A stretch of DNA of 20,249 nt from Octopus sinensis (Eukaryota). The stretch covers positions 1 through 20,249 of the forward strand of contig NW_021836192.1 in NCBI RefSeq assembly GCF_006345805.1, written 5' to 3'. Below the pieces are notes generated by a model. It saw only the letters and a program-made list of their open reading frames with translations. It did not search any database and was not told where the DNA came from. A program made the translations under genes and the position numbers. Below are positions 17,737-20,249 of this stretch, one piece after another. How positions within the stretch are numbered: position 1 is the first letter of the stretch; the number at the start of each line of letters is the position of its first letter.

Positions 17737-20249
17737 AAAGATAAAGGATATACTGGGGTTGATCTGTTCAACTAAAAAGCTTCAAGGTGGTGCCCCAGCA
17801 TGGCCACAGTCTAAAGACTCCAACAAGTAAAAGATGAAAGATATTCTGGGGTTGATTTATTCAACTAAAAACCTTCAAGGTGGTGCCCCAGCATGGCCAC
17901 AGTCTAAAGACTCAAACAAGTAAAAGATGAAAGATATTCTGGGGTTGAATTGTTCAACAAAAAAACCTTCAAGGTGGTGACCCAGCATGGTCACAGTCTA
18001 AAGACTGAAACAAGAAAAAGATGAAAGATAAACTGGGGTTGATTTGTTCAACTAAAAACCTTCAAGGTGGTGACCCAGCATGGTCACAGTCTAAAGACTG
18101 AAACAAGAAAAAGATGAAAGATATACTGGGGTTGATTTGTTCAACAAAAAAACCTTCAAGGTGGTGACCCAGCATGGTCACAGTCTAAAGACTGAAACAA
18201 GAAAAAGATGAAAGATATACTGGGGTTGATTTGTTCAACTGAAAACCTTCAAGGTGGTGCCCCAGCATCACAGTCTAAAGACTCGAACAAGTAAAAGATG
18301 AAAGATATACTGGGGTTGATTTGTTCAAAAAAAACCTTCAAGGTGTGCCCCAGCATGGCCACAGTCTAAAGACTGAAACAAGTAAAAGATGAAGATATAC
18401 TGGGGTTGATTTGTTCAACCAAAAACCTTCAAGGTGGTGCCCCAGCATGGCCACAGTCTAAAGACTGAAACAAGTAAAAAATGAAAGATATTCTGGGGTT
18501 GATTTGTTTAACTAAAAACCTTCAAGGTGGTGCCCCAGCATGGCCACAGTCTAAAGACTCGAACAAGTAAAAAATGAAAAATATTCTGGGGTTGATTTGT
18601 TCAACTAAAAACCTTCAAGGTGGTGCCCCAGCATGGCCACAGTCTAATGACCAAAACAAGTAAAAGATGAAAGATATACTGGGGTTGATTTGTTCAACTA
18701 AAAACCTTCAAGGTGGTGCCCCAGCATGGCCACAGTCTAAAGACTGAAACAAGTAAAAGATGAAAGATATACTGGGGTTGATTTGTTCAACTAAAAACCT
18801 TCAAGGTGGTGCCCCAGCATGGCCCAGTCTAAAGACTGAAACAAGTAAAAGATGAAAGATATACTGGGGTGATTGTTCAACTAAAACCTTCAAGGTGGTG
18901 CCCCAGCATGGCCACAGTCTAAAGACTGAAACAAGTAAAGATGAAAGATATACTGGGGTTGATTTGTTCAACTAAAAACCTTCAAGGTGGTGCCCCGCAT
19001 GGCCACAGTCTAAAGACAGAAACAAGTAAAAGATGAAAGATATTCTGGGGTTGATTTGTTCAACTAAAACCTCAAGGTGGTGCCCCAGCATGGCCACAGT
19101 CTAAAGACTGAACAAGTAAAGATGAAAGATATATCTATACTGGGGTTGATTTGTTCAACTAAAAACCTTCAAGGTGGTGCCCCAGCATGGCACAGTCTAA
19201 AGACTGAAACAAGTAAAAGATGAAAGATATACTGGGTTGATTTGTTCAACTAAAACCTTCAAGGTGGTGCCCCAGCATGGCCACAGTCTAATGACCAAAC
19301 AAGTAAAAGATAAAAGATATACTGCGGTTGATTTGTTCAACTAAAAACTTCAAGGTGGTGCCCCAGCATGGCCACAGTCTAAAGACTGAAACAAGTAAAA
19401 GATGAAAGATATTCTGGGGTTGATTTGTTCAACTAAAAACCTTCAGGTGGTGCCCAGCATGGCCACAGTCTAAAGACCAAAACAAGTTAAAGATAAAAGA
19501 TATCTGCGGTTGATTTGTTCAACTAAAACCTTCAAGGTGGTGCCCCAGCATGGCCACAGTCTAATGACCAAAACAAGTAAAAGATGAAAGATATACTGGG
19601 TTGATTTGTTCAACTAAAAACCTTCAGGGTGGTGCCCCAGCATGGCCACAGTCTAATGACCAAACAAGTAAAAGATAAAAGATATACTGGGGTTGATTTG
19701 TTCAACTAAAAACCTTCAAGGTGGTGCCCCAGCATGGCCACAGTCTAATGACCAAAACAAGTAAAAGATAAAAGATATTCTGGGGTTGATTTGTTCAACT
19801 AAAAACCTTCAAGGTGGTGCCCCAGCATGGCCACAGTCTAATGACCAAAACAAGTAAAAGATGAAAGATATACTACTGGGTTGATTTGTTCAACTAAAAA
19901 CCTTCAAGGTGGTGCCCCAGCATGGCCACAGTCTAATGACCAAAACAAGTAAAAGATGAAAGATATTCTGGGGTTGATTTGTTCAACTAAAAACCTTCAA
20001 GGTTGTGCCAGCATGGCCACAGTCTAAAGTGAAAAACGTAAAAGATGAAAGATATACTGGGGTTGATTGTTCAACTAAAACCTTCAGGTGGTGCCCCAGC
20101 ATGGCCACAGTCTAATGACCAAACAAGTAAAAGATAAAAGATATCTTCTGGTGTGATTTGTTCAACTAAAAACCTTCAAGGTGGTGCCCCAGCATGGCCA
20201 CAGTCTAAAGACTGAAACAAGTAAAGATGAAAGATATTCTGGGGTTGAT
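17737..20249 (+). repeat. Satellite-like array, at least 27 x about 93 bp, from the 3' terminus of SINE family A; runs off the window
   Basis: Unit TGGGGTTGATTTGTTCAACTAAAAACCTTCAAGGTGGTGCCCCAGCATGGCCACAGTCTAAAGACTGAAACAAGTAAAAGATGAAAGATATAC. 28 unit starts counted from 17754 to 20240, period 89-96. Confidence 0.96.

Noticed and set aside
16349-20249. CRISPR-like appearance of the 100-bp and 93-bp arrays
   Set aside because: Units repeat in full with no unique spacers, there are no cas genes, the context is eukaryotic, and both units derive from retroelements present in the window.
16349-20249. Retrozyme-type hammerheads in the array monomers
   Set aside because: Neither monomer has CTGANGA with a downstream GAAA on either strand. 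The closest matches are CTGCTGA and CTAATGA, which alter essential core bases.

Overview
Eukaryotic, repeat-dense animal DNA, most likely an octopus. That call rests on my recollection of octopus tRNA-derived SINE families and the heavy TA/TG/GAT microsatellite load, not on a search. The only host coding sequence I can support is the last two coding exons of a + strand SEC14L2-like (CRAL-TRIO/GOLD) gene: 2303-2466 and 6052-6152, spliced GOLD peptide WQLTTIDCDIYFGVY...DSHLVPEISDFVCEESGSYLFLFDNTHSWFRSKRVLYRIDVTLPDASPPRE*. Neither exon is shown as such in the ORF track. The rest is mobile DNA. It includes a 5'-truncated, inactivated RTE LINE (11974-14180) whose RT carries a PHD-type zinc-finger insert, seven 3'-end fragments of that RTE family, a second RTE family tail, a CR1-type LINE fragment, a mariner relic, a 400-bp non-autonomous Helitron with a clean A|T empty site, a TTAA-bounded MITE-like element and three tRNA-derived SINE families. 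The main structural theme is that tandem arrays (108, 62, 26, 100 and 93 bp units) have grown in place inside their parent transposons. Almost all small ORFs in the track are microsatellite or repeat artefacts. There is no CRISPR array, rRNA gene or bona fide tRNA gene.
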